Shown here piece after piece: positions 32,971-44,630 of a stretch of 64,000 bases of DNA. The position numbers were made by a program, and so were the translations under genes. The notes below the pieces were generated by a model. The model had not been told where the DNA came from. It was given only the letters and a program-made list of their open reading frames with translations, and did no database searches. Numbering within the stretch: position 1 is the stretch's first letter; every line of letters starts with the position of its first letter. The stretch is from Strigamia acuminata (Eukaryota), in assembly GCA_949358305.1 (NCBI GenBank), contig OX442314.1, positions 12,152,001 to 12,216,000 of the forward strand, read 5' to 3'.

Positions 32971-35331
32971 TGTGTGGTTTTTGATGTTTGTATATACAAC
33001 AAAAACAGAAGGCAAAAACTTGCCTCTGTGAATCTGTTCATGCTTGTCCTTGCAAGTAAATAGCAATTAAAAATGTCATCATTAAGATCAACTAACGAAC
33101 TGTGGCTCACTTGTTTGAGCCCAGTTATGTCTTTACTCACGTTTTACTCACCTGGAAGCAGTACGATGATTGGAAAGTTTAACCCCTTAATCTAACCTTC
33201 ATGGTAGCCATTTTGAATTTGATTGTAAAAAGAAAAAATCAAACAAGGTAAAAATAGAAATTTTGAATGCACCTATCTGTTTTCTTGCTATTACCGGATA
33301 TAAACCACTTCAAAAACAACTCCAGCGTTGTTTTTTATTTTTAAGCTTTTTGGTGTCCACTCTTGTATAGAACCTTTGAATGCACCTATTAGTTTTCTTG
33401 CTATTTTTATGCAGGACTCCAAACATACTGGTGATAAAAAAATAATTACAAATGTGAGTTATGTATCTGCTCTTTATTCATTGAGTACAGAATATAAGGT
33501 TTCATTTAGCAGTTTTGGCATAACGGTACACTTGAATTACATAGTTAATACTTGTATTGTTAATGTAAGATGTAAACATTGTGTTTGAATATTTTTGAAC
33601 ATTTTTTGAATGAGAGAAATGGTATAATTTCAAAAAAATAAATTTTTTTTGTAGCAAATATAGGATTTGGTGTAGTCAAGGTTTCAAAATTTATGTGTTC
33701 ATTCGTATATGGTGTATCTAATCTTGGGTTCCCGCTTACTGGAACAGAACTTGTTCAAATGGATACGCATCGATCATGCGATCTGTATTGGTCTATTCTT
33801 TTTTACTGATATTGATATCGATATTTTGCCCAATATTGACCATCGACTGATATCTGTCAGTCAAACCCTAATTTTAACCATAGAAGTAAATATAAAAAAC
33901 TATGTTTTTGGAAAAAGGCTTTTATATTGGTGCTTTAAATCGCCGTCAAAGTGCACTAAAACGTTTTAAAAAAGAATTTTTTCTTTGCAATATTAATAAA
34001 TAAAATATATAGGCAGATAGGAATATTTATTTTAACCAGGATTAACTTGGTTTCAGAATTTAGTAATCAATTTATAGTTAAAAACAAAGCAAATTTAGAT
34101 TTGACCCTGACAGTCTAGCCTTTATTAAAGTTTCAGTGGCGTACAGATGGCGCAAACAACACCGGAAGTTGAAACAAACATGCAAACATACACACACAAA
34201 CGTTCATGTCAAGACATTTTTCTTGGTAGTAAAATGATAAACATTTCAAAAAAAAATTTACGATGAATTTTAAATTCAGCAATAGTTGTAAAAAAAATCA
34301 AAGTTGGACCAAATGTGAGCATCTTCAATTTGCGCGCGATTTAAATTTCTTTTGAATATGCGCGGCCCTAAATCCGCGTCCATGAATTAAATACAAAAAT
34401 AAATTAAAAATAGGTAAATCACCATATCAGAAATATAATAAAATAATTTTGATTAAAAAAAATATTTTTAAGAAAATTGACAAAAATATATTATTTTTGT
34501 CTTTTCTTGCAAATTTGAATCTAATGCACATTTAAGATTCACACATTTGGTCCCCGCCCCCGCCTTTGTTATTAAATTTAAAGAAATTAAGAAAATAAAG
34601 AAAATATAAAATATAAAAAGAAATAAATAAAAAGAAAGAAAAAGAAAAAGAAATAAAAAGAAAAAAAACTAAAAAAAACTTGGTGTACAATAGACAATCA
34701 GTTTTATTGACTTTAATTTATACAATCTTATTGTTTTATTCTTTTCATACTACTTTATTATTTAATTTGCAACAGATGAAACAAAATAGCGAAAAATTAC
34801 AATCAAGGCATAAAAAAAAAATTTATTTAGGAAAATGAAACAAACATATTACAAACTGAGCAATTCTGTTATATTTGCCGACTCAATTGGTTATTCTGTG
34901 GTTTTCAAATGGTTTTTAATGTTTTTAGCTGTTTGAATCTACTACAACACGTTTTAAACTAGCCCAGACAGTGATAGAAGCGCCGCCCTGGTGGGAACAA
35001 GTGACGTTAATCACTTTAATAGCATGTGGAGTGTTATTGGTCGACAGACAATTCCTTTCTACTGACTCTGGTTGATTGCAACTGAGCGCCAACTGGTGGT
35101 TACACATTAAACAAACACGTTCAATACAGCAGAAAGCAGAAGGCAAAGCAGGACGAAGCTTACAGATACATCTTCTGCTCACATATATTATTCAAATAAA
35201 ATCTGTATCAATACTGATAGAACAGTACTTTTCCAGATTCAATCTGGTTACTGCTCGGGACCCAGGATATTTATGCAAAATAAAATTTGTTTTATACGCA
35301 TAAAATATGAACCAAATATTCAATTTATTGC

Positions 35332-35548
35332 AAAATAAAAATAAAAATTAAAAATAAAAATAAAAATTAAAAATAAAAATAAAAATTAAAAATAAAAATA
35401 AAAATAAAAATTAAAAATAAAAATAAAAATTAAAAATAAAAATAAAAATTAAAAATAAAAATAAAAATTAAAAATAAAAATAAAAATTAAAAATAAAAAT
35501 AAAAATTAAAAATAAAAATTAAAATTAAAAATAAAAATAAAAATAAAA
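35332..35548. repeat. (aaaata/aaaatt)n microsatellite
   Basis: Direct hexamer repeats. Confidence 0.95.
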
Positions 35549-35720
35549 AGAATTTATATAAGTGAAATCAGGTGTTTAATAACAATTTAATGCCATTTCA
35601 AAGTATTCTTGATGTAAATGAGTTATAATTAGTAATTACAATTCATTTTTTTCTATTTTTTTTTTATTTGTTTATTTCTTAAAACTTTTTCCCGACACTA
35701 ATTTAGTGACTTTCCCTGGT

Positions 35721-35827
35721 CAGGGGCGGATCTAGCTTTTCGGGGCCCCTTTCTCAAAATTTTTAATAGCAACCTTTCTTCTTTTTTCTGTTTTATAGCA
35801 ACCTTTTTTTTTTCTTTTTTTTAGCAA

Positions 35828-35865
<38 letters not shown>

Positions 35866-35950
35866 TACATGGCCCAGAGTCTCGGGGGCCCCCTAGAATT
35901 TGGGGGCCCGGGGCTCAAGCCCTAATAGCCCGGTGCTAGATCCGCCCCTG
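35721..35950. mobile_element. hAT-type MITE
   Basis: TIR caggggcggatctagc / gctagatccgcccctg; 8-bp TSD tccctggt/cccctggt. Confidence 0.85.
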
Positions 35951-36274
35951 CCCCTGGTGTCTGTTTTTGGTGAAGTCCTCAGTTTTCCGAACGCAAGCAT
36001 ACGTACACGATACGTGTCTTAAAGAAAAGGCTAAAATTGATACGTACATGTTATGCATCGTTAAAAAAGACACAAATAGTCGTTTTTTCCCGGTAAAATG
36101 GCTATTTATGTATTTATTTCTGATTTTCTGAAAATATGCATTTATAGCCAATTTCGGCTCTTTATTGAATAAAAATAATTCCTATGCATTTATGCATTTA
36201 TCCGGGCCTTAGTCATGAGTAATGATTCGTTGCTAGGGGGCGTTATATAACATGTTGAGGTTATATAAGTCATA

Positions 36275-36432
36275 CAATTGAAACTCTTTATAACGAATTG
36301 TGGTATAACGAATTATCGATATAACGAATACCTAAAAATGGCTGGTTTGCTTGGCGGGCCATAGAACGAATTCTTGTTATAACGAATCGATTTTTTGGGT
36401 TCCTTGCGATTCGTTATAAAGAGGTTCGACTG
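36275..36432. mobile_element. pogo/Tigger-like MITE (family also at ~27654, 43800-43956, 56304-56872, ~63648)
   Basis: TA-flanked ca(g/a)t(c/t)gaaactctttataacgaa inverted ends. Confidence 0.75.
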
Positions 36433-36512
36433 TATAAGAGAGTGCCAGTTCATGAATGCAAACAGAATAAACATGTCATTCTTCTTTTGCTACGTGGTTG
36501 CGTATTTCTATA

Positions 36513-36811
36513 CCGTACCGCCCCGTTTAAACGCCCGGGTTCAAAAAAGCGCCGGCCCCGTTTTAGCGCCGGGCAGTCATCGGCGGTTCAGTGAATTGGC
36601 GCCGGCCCCGAATAAGCGCCGGGTCCCCAAAAATCACCGATTTTTTGTAAAAAATCGGCGATTTTTGCCGAAAATTCGCCTTTTTTTGCAAAAAATTGAC
36701 GAATTTTCGGTTATGCGCCGGGTTCAAATTAGCGCCGGGTTTCAAATTAGCGCCGGGGAAGCGGCTGGAAAAAAGGAATTAAACGCCTGGGCGTTTAAAC
36801 GGGGCGGTACG
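36513..36811. mobile_element. Tc1/mariner-like MITE
   Basis: TIR ccgtaccgccccgtttaaacgcc / ggcgtttaaacggggcggtacgg with TA on both sides. Confidence 0.85.
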
Positions 36812-37375
36812 GTAATAACCGGTAGCAATACGATATTATTAATCTGAGTAAACATTACCTAAAAAAAAATTTTCTCATAAAAATTTCATGAAAATTTTCA
36901 GATATTTTTAGATTAAATAAATGGTGCTCGACAACATTGTATTTAAAACTTATTATTTTTAAACCTGATTTTCAGAAATTTGAAAAAATTGGGTTTTATG
37001 GGACAATCTGTAAAATTTAATTCTGAAAGTGTCCAATTTCACCAAAGTGTTGTAAAATAATATTTTCAAATTGTCATTAACTCTCATACAGGATTTAAAT
37101 ATTTAATAATTGAAACACAATATTTATATTCTACATTAACAACATTAACTGTACGTAAGAAACTATGTAATTCAAGGATACCATTATGCAAAAACAACTA
37201 AATGAAATTTTATATACTCCACTAAATAAATAAAGAACAGATACATACCTTGTACTTTTAATCACCTTTTTAATCACCACTCTATTCAGTTTGTGTGAAG
37301 TCCTGTACAAAATAGTAAGAGATTATTCTTTACATTTTTAAAACTTATATTATTCTGTCCTTTCAGCCTTCTAGA

Positions 37376-38721
37376 ATGATGCTGTGCGTTTTCATCATAA
37401 TTGCTGTTTCGACCTCATTTGCTGTAGCACATGTAAACTGAATGTTTTATTTTAAACTTACAAACAGAGCCGGATTTACGTATAAGTAAAATAAGCAGTT
37501 GCTTAGGGGCCCAAACCATCGGGGTCCCTTTGTCGCATATGTATTTATATTTATTATATATAAAGATATAATAATAAGTATATTTGTTAGATTTTTTAAG
37601 ACTAAACTTTTTTTTTGGATGGTGGGGGACCCAAACACTTTGTGCTTTGGGTAATACCTAAATCCGGCTCTGCTTTCAAAGTATACAATCAGTAAATACA
37701 ATGTTTTTTATTTTAGGACTGCTTCGATTCGCAGAAGTATATTGACAAGGTTGTGTTTCTTTTACTTACACAATACCACATTAACTTATTGTTAAAATAA
37801 AAATTTATTTTAAGGTTCAACCGATCCATGAAGAATGCAAAAAAGCCGTTGCCACTGTGGTCAAAGATAAAGATGTATGTATCTATATGTTGTTAGAACA
37901 TAACGTATTTTATCGATTAAGAGGCGCGACTCTAATTCAAAACTGCCGTTTTTGTAAGCAATTACAATTTCGGTTTTTCGTTCGTTACGTTTATTTAATG
38001 TAACAAACGAAGTCTGAACTTCACGAACGAAGCGTACGTTCGTGAGGTTAAATACGGAAACAATACCGTGCTTTTGCAAAAATACGGTATTCATGGTGTC
38101 TCAGCCGTGGCTACTATTCGAGGGCGGCTACAATTCGAGGGCGACTCTTAATCGGTGGAAGGCGGTATTTTTTGTTGTGTTTTTGCTTTTCAATTATAAT
38201 TTCGTTATTCATTTAAATGATTTAGGATTGTGACTTTTCCTATTTCGTCTGGGCAATTTGTCATACTAGAGCGTGCAACATTGTATGTCAGAGTAATTTT
38301 TTTTATACTTCGCTTTATGTCTTATGGTTGCTTTGCTTTTTGTTTGCAGAACAATAAATTCCAGCAAATCGATCACACAAAATATGTTGACTTATTAAAA
38401 CAATTTGCCGGCAATTTTGTGAGTGTTTCATTTGTCTTTAAATTTCACAATTGCTCATAGATAATCTTTTTTCACAACTGACTAACAGGTTAAAGACACA
38501 CTCGCCAATCGACTTGCCGTTTGTTCAAATGAGATTCTTATTCACGACGGATCTGTAACTTAAAAATTGGACCATTACTTAAAATATTTTACTAATATTT
38601 TTTTTTAAATGTCTAGGTTGCTCCATATTTCGATTGCCTTCAAAAAAGGTGTCCGGAAGTGGCAAATGTTCGAGCTGACTACGAGAACTCAGCCGAGGGA
38701 ATTTGTAAAGCACAATTATGA
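37376..38721 (+). CDS. Secreted 8-Cys family, copy C (ninth Cys in exon 4)
   Basis: MMLCVFIIIAVSTSFAVAH DCFDSQKYIDK VQPIHEECKKAVATVVKDKD DCDFSYFVWAICHTRACNI NNKFQQIDHTKYVDLLKQFAGNF VKDTLANRLAVCSNEILIHDGS VAPYFDCLQKRCPEVANVRADYENSAEGICKAQL*; all GT-AG, phase 0. Confidence 0.9.
37465..37672. mobile_element. hAT-type MITE in coding intron 1 of copy C
   Basis: TIR cagagccggattta / taaatccggctctg; 8-bp TSD cttacaaa/ctttcaaa. Confidence 0.85.
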
Positions 38722-40031
38722 GTGATGAATAAAATGTTAAGTCGTAAATAAAAACAACTGTATTGTTTCCATTACAAAGCCATTAAAATATGTTCTAAAT
38801 AAATTACGTTCTGTATATCTTCCATTAGCGCCCTCGTGCGCTATATACACCAAAAAAATTTGCCCCGCACGCTAACCGAGGGAGCGGCTTATTTACACGT
38901 TCAAAAAACCCAGCATTGGCCAATTGGCCGATGCTGGGTTTTTTGAACATATATGAACGAAAAACAGCAAAAAAGGGTGACAAACGAAACGTTTTCATAC
39001 GTTACAGTACTTTTCTGCCGAAACGTATGCAAAACGTTTTGTCCCCTCGCGTTGTTCGAGGTCCGCGCGCTACATACACGGGCGATTTTTTCTCCGCGCG
39101 TTAATCGAGGTCTACGGGCAAATAGAGACCCGCGGACAAATGGAAGATATACGGTAATACACTAGATAGCTGAGACTATTGTCTGGCAGGAAGTGACGTC
39201 AATCCAAGTATCGTTCACTTTCTGCTCATTCTTTTGCCACCGTAACCACATGGTAAACACACAGAATGAAAGTATTTTGTGTTTTAAACGCAAAGTAAAA
39301 GTATTTAATAGTTAAAGACAAGAAAATATAAAAAACTACGTTTTTGGGAAAAGGGTTTTATTTTGGTGCTTTAAACCGCTGCCAGAGTGCACTACTACCC
39401 CAGATTTTTTTGTGATTGGTGTAAATTCTTCATTGGGGCCCCGAAGTCATACTGTGGGACCATAAGTGGTATAAACACTCCCCTTCACTGGCGCGGAATG
39501 AATAAGCGCGGTAAACTATTAGGAGCTTATTCATTCCGCAGTTGCGCAATTTCGTTGTTGCGGATTCCTAAGAATGCCTAACAAGGGGCCCTTGACCCCC
39601 GCAAACCTAACCTTATCAGTGTTTTTTAAACAAATATTCCGCGGTTAGTCAGTTCCTAATTTATTCACTGATTCAATTGTTGGTCGTGTACTTCCGCGGT
39701 TATTCAATTCGCGGTAATTCAATAAGTCGTTTTTTTAAATGTCTACATTAAATTCTTCCGCGCTTATTCATTCCGCGCTTGTTATGAAACCCCAACCCGG
39801 ACTGGTATCTTTGAATTTGGGAACCATGAACCGTCTTTAACCTATTGGGTGAGTATTATAATTTGTTGCTCATTTTGAAGGTATATTTGCACAGTTTAAT
39901 TGACACTTGAAGCAATATGAAATGCTTCAAATAAATAATTACCATTAATATAGAGCATACAGTATTTTAATTTTTTTTATTGGATACAATACAGCCGTTT
40001 TTATTTATAACTCAATACTGTATTTTTTTCA

Positions 40032-43001
40032 TTAGTCGGATACATAGGCTCTCACCCCAATACCGTTGCAAATTCCCTTTGCTGACAGATCAAAATCTCT
40101 TCGATAGTTGACGAATTCCGGACAACGAATTTGAAGGCAATTGAAGTATGGCGTATCCTAGAGATTAAAAAAGTTATAGTGAAAGCACAAAATTGTTCAA
40201 TTTTTAGTTACATCTCCAGAGTGAGTAAACACATCCTTTGCACAGTCGGCAAGTTTCGTGCCAAGTGTATCTTTATTCTGTTAGTCAGATGTACAAAAAG
40301 GTTATCTGTGAGCAATAGTGAAATAGAAAAAAATCCAATACTCACTGTATTGATGGAATAGGATTGCAGCAGGCCTACAAATTTGTTGTGATCAATTAAC
40401 TGGTTTTTATGGTGCTGCGTATAAAAAACAAATCAATTGTCAGATCTAAACCGAATTATTAAAAGCTTGACTTGGACATACAATGTTCAGCGCTCTGTTA
40501 TGACAAACTCCATAAACGAAATAAGCAAAGTCACAATCCTGAAATATTTAAATGAACAACAAATTTATAATTGGAAAGCGGTAAGAGGCGGCCGTCCATA
40601 AATTAAGTAATGCACCAAGGGGGAGGATGTTTCAAATTTTGTTACGTTCCATGTAAAAAAAACTTTTTTAATTTTTAACCCTCAGATGGACAATCTGCAA
40701 TGACGACGCTTTGGTGCCCATAATGTACCAATTTGGGGACAAAATAATTAAATCCGGAAGGTCCGTAGCTGAAGCGCTGTTAGGGTAGTGTGACAAATTG
40801 TCGCACTTGGCGCTATTGTTTGGTTAAAAATATCAATTTTATTAAGTGCTTGTCTTGTTGTGTATATATGTATACATAGTAGTGAGAATGAATTGGGAAC
40901 AAATTTGGAACGAAATTGGAACGAAATTGGAACCGTAATCATAGCATATTCACTTGTGTTGGACTACTAGCGCCATACGGCGTCTGATAGTAAAAATTAG
41001 AAGCATTAACAAGGGGAGCACATGAATAAGACACTCACAGATTGTTGCAATATTAAACGTGAAGGATTGTTATATCATGCTGAAAGAGACCCTAAAATAA
41101 TTTCATTCCATAAACAGCCAACAATGTAAACAATGAGCTGAAAGTTTGCACTATTTTGTCTGTGCATTAATCCAATCTGAGCAATCAGGCCTACCGTCTT
41201 CCCCCGAATATAACACCATGGTGTTGTATTCGAGTTTTGCTCAAAATGGCAAGTTTGTAATTTGTAAACATTGATCAAAAATTCGAATATAACACCACTT
41301 CAGCTATAACACCATGGTGTTATATTCGAGTACATCCCCATGGTGTTATATTCGAGTTTTTAATTGTTTTCGAATACAATACCATGGTAGTGTATTCGAA
41401 TTTTTGGAAATGTATGAAAGACGTTCAGTGCGTACACTGGTAGCTTCCAAAACGCTACCAAAACGTGCACTGGATTTTACATACCGGTATTAAACATACA
41501 CATTTAACAGATTTTAGTTTATTTTTATTCTTGTTTTTGTTACTTCAAATAAAACACAAAAAAACTGTTTGTTTTTTCAATCACAGTTGTAAATACTCCG
41601 TACAAATTAAGAATTTTCTATTTTTTTACAAACTTACCTGTTATTTGACGAATACAACACCACGGTGTTATATTCGGGGGAAGACGGTAGTGTATGAATA
41701 CTGTAAACAGCAGTTGCTAGGTAAAAAATAGTTCCAAGATCCAAGTTGAATTTTATCACTTGATATTCAATGATGTCATTTCATCATTTGAGATTCAATG
41801 ATGTCATGACATGAAGACAATAATAGAAGACAATAATAGTTTGTAGTGGTGGTCCAGTGGTTAAGGCAATGGACTGGGTATCTTTCCACACATGTTCAAA
41901 TCCTGGTGTGTGTGTGAAAATTTTTACTTTTATTTTGTATTTATTTTTAGCCGTAATTTTAATGTTTGTAATTCATGCAGGCTAATTCATGTTGTAATTC
42001 ATGTTGGTGAACAAAGTTCTGATGTCATGACATCATTGAATCTCAAATGATGAAATGACATCATTGAATATCAAGTGATAAAATTCAACTTGGATCTTGG
42101 AACTATTTTTTACCTAGCAACTGTTGTTTACAGTATTCATACACTAGGCCTGATTGCTCAGATTGGATTAATGCACAGACAAAATAGTGCAAACTTTCAG
42201 CTCATTGTTTACATTGTTGGCTGTTTATGGAATGAAATTATTTTAGGGTCTCATTCAGCATGATATAACAATCCTTCACGTTTAATATTGCAACAATCTG
42301 TGAGTGTCTTATTCATGTGCTCTCCTTGTAAGTAGAAGCGCTTTTATTAGATTGGGAGAAGTCAACTTAAATTTAAGCTGGAATTTCTAAGGGGCAGAAT
42401 TTTCAAAGGTGAATAAAGAAAAAAAAACGTACAGAAAAAAAAAATTTTCTCATTCAAGAAGAGTGTTATCCCCAAAATGGTATAGGGTTGTCCTTCTGAG
42501 GGTTAATAATAAAAATATAAGTATTTTTTGTTTTTTGGAAAATTTGGAGGGGGATTTCAGTTTTGTTATGTAATTAGGGGTCATTAGGTTCGGGAATTTG
42601 TTACGACCATGTTACAGAGGGGGTTTAAAAATCCCAAATTTTGCGCTACATAATTTATGGACGGTCTCTAACACAACAAGAAATATGTTCTAACCAAATA
42701 TACTAGTAGGTACTTACAAATTTATCTTTGATCATAGCGTCAACGTCGGCTTTGCAGTCTGCATGCATCGTTTGACTCTTAAAATAAATTTTAGTTTTAA
42801 CAATAAGTTAATTACAGAATGTGCTATTGTGTAAGTAAAAAAATACAACCTCCTTAATCAACTTCTGCGAATCGAAGCATTCCTGAAATAAATAACATCG
42901 TATAGATTTTACAGTTTAAAAGTTTAAATACACATTCAGTTTACATAAGCTGCAGCAAATGAGGACGAAACTGCAATAACTAAGAAAATGCTCAGCATCA
43001 T
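40032..43001 (-). CDS. Secreted 8-Cys family, copy D (intron 3 expanded by nested elements)
   Basis: MMLSIFLVIAVSSSFAAAY ECFDSQKLIKE SQTMHADCKADVDAMIKDKF DCDFAYFVYGVCHNRALNI HHKNQLIDHNKFVGLLQSYSINT NKDTLGTKLADCAKDVFTHSGD DTPYFNCLQIRCPEFVNYRRDFDLSAKGICNGIGVRAYVSD*. Confidence 0.88.
41010..42328. mobile_element. Foldback-like element with ~300-bp inverted arms; left arm interrupted by a Tc1-like MITE (~41193-41687)
   Basis: caaggggagcacatgaataagacactcac... mirrored at 42021-42328; TAA duplicated relative to the empty site in copy F (agcac-taa-gtag). Confidence 0.85.
41843..41912 (+). pseudogene. tRNA-Ser-like remnant (Pol III A and B boxes) in the loop of the foldback element
   Basis: gtagtggtggtccagtggttaaggcaatggact...gttcaaatcctg resembles tRNA-Ser gtagtcgtggccgagtggttaaggcgatggact...gttcgaatcctg; anticodon arm and acceptor stem are broken. 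Confidence 0.6.
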
Positions 43002-43304
43002 TTTGGAAGACTGAAATGAGAGAATTGTATAAATTATACAAGTTGTAAGAATGATTTCTTACTATTTTTGGACAGGACTTGAAACGTACTGGTGATTAAA
43101 AATGTAATTAGCAATTTCAAGTAGGATCTGTTCTTTATTCATATAGTGCAGAATATAAGATTTCATTTATTGGTTTTGGCATAATGGTTTGCTCGAATTC
43201 CACAGGTTATTGTGTATAGTTAATGCTGAGATATAAACATTGGGTTTCAATAATTAAATATTTAAATCCTCTTTGAAAGTAATGGCATAATTTGAAAATA
43301 TCAA

Positions 43305-44630
43305 TTTCAATTTCTGGACATCGTTTTTGAATGCAACTGAAGTATAGGCGAAGCTAGAGACTTAAAAAATATTAGTCAAAACGAAATTATGTTCAATTTT
43401 TAAGTTTCATCTCCTCTGTAAATAAATCTCTTGTATACACAGATAGCAAGTCTCTTGGTAAGTGAATCTTTTTTCTGTTAGTGATATGAAAAAGTTCTCA
43501 ATGAGCAATTGTGACATTAAAAAAAATGTACTCTCAGCTTTTGTAGAAAAAGATTTTAATAATTCCACAAATTTGGTGTGATCGATTTGCTGGTATTTAT
43601 TGATCTGCATTAAAAAACAAAGCATAAATACAAAGTGACGCATAGACATATTGGATTACCCTCATTTTAAGCGGCATGCCGGTGTACGTGAAATTACCAA
43701 CTTTTGGAAAATTTAGTTATGAAGTTTATACTGGTTTTAAAAACACCCAGATGAATAAGTACGTTGAAATTTGGGCCAGAAATTTGAGTTTTCTAGATAC
43801 AGTTGAATCTCGTTATAAGTTATAACAAACTGCGATATAACGAATAGTTAAAAATGGCTTGGTTGGTTGGTTAGCCATAGAATACCATGTTAAAAAAATT
43901 TGATATAACTGTTGTTATACTGTCACTTACGAACCGTTTTAACGAAGCTTGACTGTATTCTATAGGTTATTATAAAAATTTCTGTAAATTTTTAGAAATT
44001 TACGCCAATTTCCTACTGTTTGGATATCTAAAAATGAGTTATAAGCTTGTTTTAGTTCATTACTCCTTAAAAAAAATTCGTATCCATTTATAACGACATG
44101 CTGGTAAAAATGGGGTTTATCGGCCCGAGCTACATGGGTATGGCGCTCGAAGCGGGGTAATACCGTATTATAAATATTATAAATATTCTAAATACTCGGA
44201 CACACCATGCCACACTTTCTATAATGACAAACTCCATAAATGTAAAAAACAAAGTTACAATCCTGAAACATTTTAGTGAACAATAAAATTATAATTGAAA
44301 AGCAGTAACACAAGAAATATGTTCATACAACTGCATAGGAACTTACCTTATTTGCACTGCCGGTAGCCAAAGATTTAATGGCAAGTCTGCATTCTTCATG
44401 GATCGGTTGAATCTTAAAATAAATTTTTTGTAATTTTACTTAATTTGTTATTGTGTATACAAAGAAATACAACCAACTTAATAAACTTGTGCGAATTGAA
44501 GCAATCCTAAAATAAATTACAATGTATTTACAGATTTTGCAGTTTGAAAGTTTGAAATGCACATTCAGTTTACATAAGCTGCAGCAAATGAGGACGAAGC
44601 AGCAATAACGATGAAAATAAACAACATCAT
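43305..44630 (-). pseudogene. Secreted 8-Cys family, copy E, probable pseudogene
   Basis: MMLFIFIVIAASSSFAAAY DCFNSHKFIKL IQPIHEECRLAIKSLATGSANK DCNFVFYIYGVCHYRKCGM INKYQQIDHTKFVELLKSFSTKA KKDSLTKRLAICVYKRFIYRGD LRLYFSCIQKRCPEI. Donors of introns 5 and 6 are GA, exon 7 is truncated into the copy D upstream region, and the promoter is cut by an LTR. Confidence 0.82.

Larger units (their letters stand above)
40585..42668. mobile_element. Tourist/Harbinger-like MITE containing a piggyBac-like MITE (40679-42502)
   Basis: Outer TIR ggccgtccataaatt with TAA flanks; inner ttaa-ccctcagatggacaa...ttgtccttctgaggg-ttaa; both are also present in copy F. Confidence 0.75.

Noticed and set aside
36395..36847. 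150-aa ORF
   Set aside because: Spans GC-rich MITEs; no coding signature.
40131..40361. Duplicated plus-strand ORF MKAIEV... (also 59569-59799)
   Set aside because: Antisense to exons 5-7 of copies D and F and crosses their introns; the conservation is explained by the duplication.
41843..41912. Functional tRNA gene
   Set aside because: Acceptor stem and anticodon arm cannot pair; reported only as a remnant.
41075..42263. Two ORFs sharing GLIAQIGLMHRQNS on opposite strands
   Set aside because: They are the two arms of the foldback inverted repeat, not genes.
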